Shown here piece after piece: positions 61,932-64,000 of a stretch of DNA of 64,000 nucleotides (positions are counted from its first letter, which is position 1; each line of letters starts with the position of its first letter). This DNA is from the human T2T-CHM13v2.0 reference genome, Homo sapiens. The position numbers and the translations under genes are program-made. The notes below the pieces were generated by a model that searched no databases, was not told the DNA's origin, and saw nothing but the letters and a program-made list of their open reading frames with translations. Location: the NCBI RefSeq assembly GCF_009914755.1, contig NC_060937.1; one strand, written 5' to 3'.

Positions 61932-64000
61932 TTGTGTACTGTACATAATATATTAAATCGCCCAAATATATATTGTATACTGTATATAAAATATGAAGGT
62001 ACTTCAAATATATATTATATGCTGCACATAAAATATCAAAATACCCAAAGTATGCATTAAACACTGTACATAAAATATCAAAGTACACATATTATCTATT
62101 ATATAATGTACATAAAATATGAAGGTTCATCAAATATATATTATATTCTGTACATAATATATCAAAGTACATCAAATATATATTATATACTGTACATAAA
62201 ATATCAAAGTACCAAAAATATGTATTATATACTGTACATAAAACATGAAAGTAACCAAACATTTATAATAAACTGTACATAAAATATCAAAGTACTCAAT
62301 CTACATATTATATACAGTATATAAAATATCAAAGTACACAAACTGTATATTATATACTGTACATAATATATCAAAGTACCCAGAATATATAGCATACTGT
62401 ACATAAAATATCAAAGTACCCAAAATGTATATTGTATACTGTACATAAAATATGAAGGTACATCAAAGATATATTATATTCTGTACATAAAATATCAAAG
62501 TACACCAAATATATATTATATGCTGTACATAATATATTAAAGTTGCCCATATATACATTATATACTGTACATAAAATATGAACGTACATCAAATATATAG
62601 TATATGCTGCACATAAAATATCAAAGTACCCAAAGTACGTATTATACACTGTACATAAAATATCAAAGTACCAAAAGTATATATTACATACTGTAAATAA
62701 AATATGAAGGTACCTCAAATATATATTATATTCTGTACATAAAATATCAAAGTACACCAAGTATATACTATATACTCTGCATAAAATATTAAATTACCCA
62801 AAATATGTATTGAATTGTGTACATAAAATATGAAAGTAACCAAACATTTATAATAAACTGTACATAAAATATCAAAGTACTCAAACTGTATATTATATAC
62901 TGTACATAAAGTATCAAAGTACCCAAACTGTGTAGTATATACTGTACATAAAATATCAAGGTACCCAAAATATATATTGTAAACTGTAGATAAAATATCA
63001 AAGTACCCAAAATATATATTATATACTGTACATAAAATATGAAGGCACATCCAATATATATTATATTCTGTACATAATATATCAAAGTACACCAAATGTA
63101 TATTATATACTGTACATAAACTATGAAAGTTCATCAAATATATTTTATATTCTGCACATAATATATCAAAGTACAGCAAATATATATTATATACTGTACA
63201 TAAAATATCAAAGTACCCAAAATATGTATTATATACTGTACATAAAATATGAAAGTAACCAAACATTTATAATAAACTGTACATAAAATATCAAAGTACT
63301 CAAACTGTATATTATATACTCTACATAAAGTATCAAAGTACCCAAACTGTGTAGTATATACTGTACATAAAATATCAAGGTACCCAAAATATATATTGTA
63401 AACTGTAGATAAAATATCAAAGTACCCAAAATATATATTATATACTGTACATGAAATATGAAGGCCCCTCCAATATATATTATACTCTGTACATAAAATA
63501 TCAAAGTACACCAAATGTATATTATATACTGTACATAAAATATCAAAGTACCCAAAGTGTATATTATATACTGTACATAAACTATGAAGGTTCATCAAAT
63601 ATATTTTATATTCTGCACATAATATATCAAAGTACAGCAAATATATATTATATACTGTACATAAAATATCAAAGTACCCAAATTATGTATTATATACTGT
63701 ACATAAAATATGAAAGTAAGCAAACATTTATAATAAACTGTACATAAAGTATCAAAGTACTCAAACTACATATTATATACAGTATATAAAATATCAAAGT
63801 ACCCAAACTGTATATTATATAATGTACATAATATATCAAAGTACCCGAATATATAGCATACTCTACATAAAATATCAAAGTACCCAAAGTTTGTATTATA
63901 CACTGCACATAAAATATGGAGGTACATCAAAGATATATTATATTCTGTACATAAAATATCAAAGTACACCAAATATATGTTATATGCTGTACATAATATA
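61932..64000 (+). repeat. 3432-bp type A variant, 3'-partial copy
   Basis: The same 183/168/108/98-aa ORF set as 43359-44391, at offset 19,356. Confidence 0.87.

Larger units (their letters stand above)
1..64000 (+). repeat. Human Satellite 1A (HSat1A / satellite I / SAR) array, 42-bp monomer, ~1,520 copies, single orientation
   Basis: Continuous 42-bp periodicity. RsaI (GT^AC) sites give 17-bp ACATAAAATATCAAAGT plus 25-bp ACCCAAAATATATATTATATACTGT, the classical satellite I A/B subunits. Consensus GC is 8/42. No non-satellite sequence or inversion seen. Confidence 0.97.

Noticed and set aside
19-63972. Hundreds of 60-197 aa ORFs on both strands (YFDILCTVYNIYFG, TLIFYVQYIIYILG and YILYIKYQSTQNIY repeats)
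   Set aside because: 42 bp is 14 codons and several frames of the consensus lack stops. The ORFs overlap in multiple frames, are broken by 1-bp indels, and recur with the HOR. There is no evidence of coding function.
1-64000. CRISPR-like pattern of a conserved core with variable intervening sequence
   Set aside because: The intervening segments are all homologous variants of one 25-bp subunit rather than unique spacers; no leader or cas genes.
1-64000. Alpha satellite, HSat1B, or HSat2/3 identity
   Set aside because: No 171-bp period or CENP-B box, no Alu-derived segment or ~2.4-kb HSat1B unit, and no CATTC repeats.
1-64000. Transposon insertion or inversion breakpoint
   Set aside because: By eye every segment reads as the same-strand 42-mer; no poly(A) tail, target-site duplication, GC-rich island or strand switch was seen.
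1-64000. TATA-box-like motifs (TATATAAA) as promoters
   Set aside because: Expected by chance in an ~80% AT repeat, with no supporting promoter context.
1-64000. AT-rich parasite, organelle or phage repeat-protein gene
   Set aside because: The exact 17+25-bp RsaI structure and kb-scale HORs fit primate HSat1A, and no long ORF is maintained.

Overview
The whole 64-kb window is one uninterrupted, single-orientation array of an AT-rich (~80%) 42-bp tandem repeat, about 1,520 monomers, with consensus TGTACATAAAATATCAAAGTACCCAAAATATATATTATATAC. Two GTAC (RsaI) sites split each monomer into 17-bp and 25-bp halves, the signature of human Satellite 1A (HSat1A, classical satellite I, RepBase SAR). 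I see no genes, transposons, RNA genes or CRISPR arrays; the listed ORFs are 14-codon-periodic artefacts. The monomers form higher-order repeats (HORs): type A of 3013 bp (3023 bp with a 10-bp insertion, ~72 monomers) and type B of 3307 bp (A plus 7 monomers), giving a 6330-bp A'+B pair. As I recall, 3013 and 6330 bp were the periodicities reported for the chr13 HSat1A array, but I have not verified this. Deleted and chimeric units (5406, 4101, 4851, 3516, 3432, 2764 and 794 bp) and recent multi-kb duplications (offsets 17,288, 16,333, 19,356 and 52,690 bp) sit on top of this. The most speculative but testable functional idea is that most monomers carry a Pumilio response element (TGTANATA) on the + strand, so a + strand transcript could be a very dense NORAD-like PUM sponge. 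I found no protein-coding novel system.
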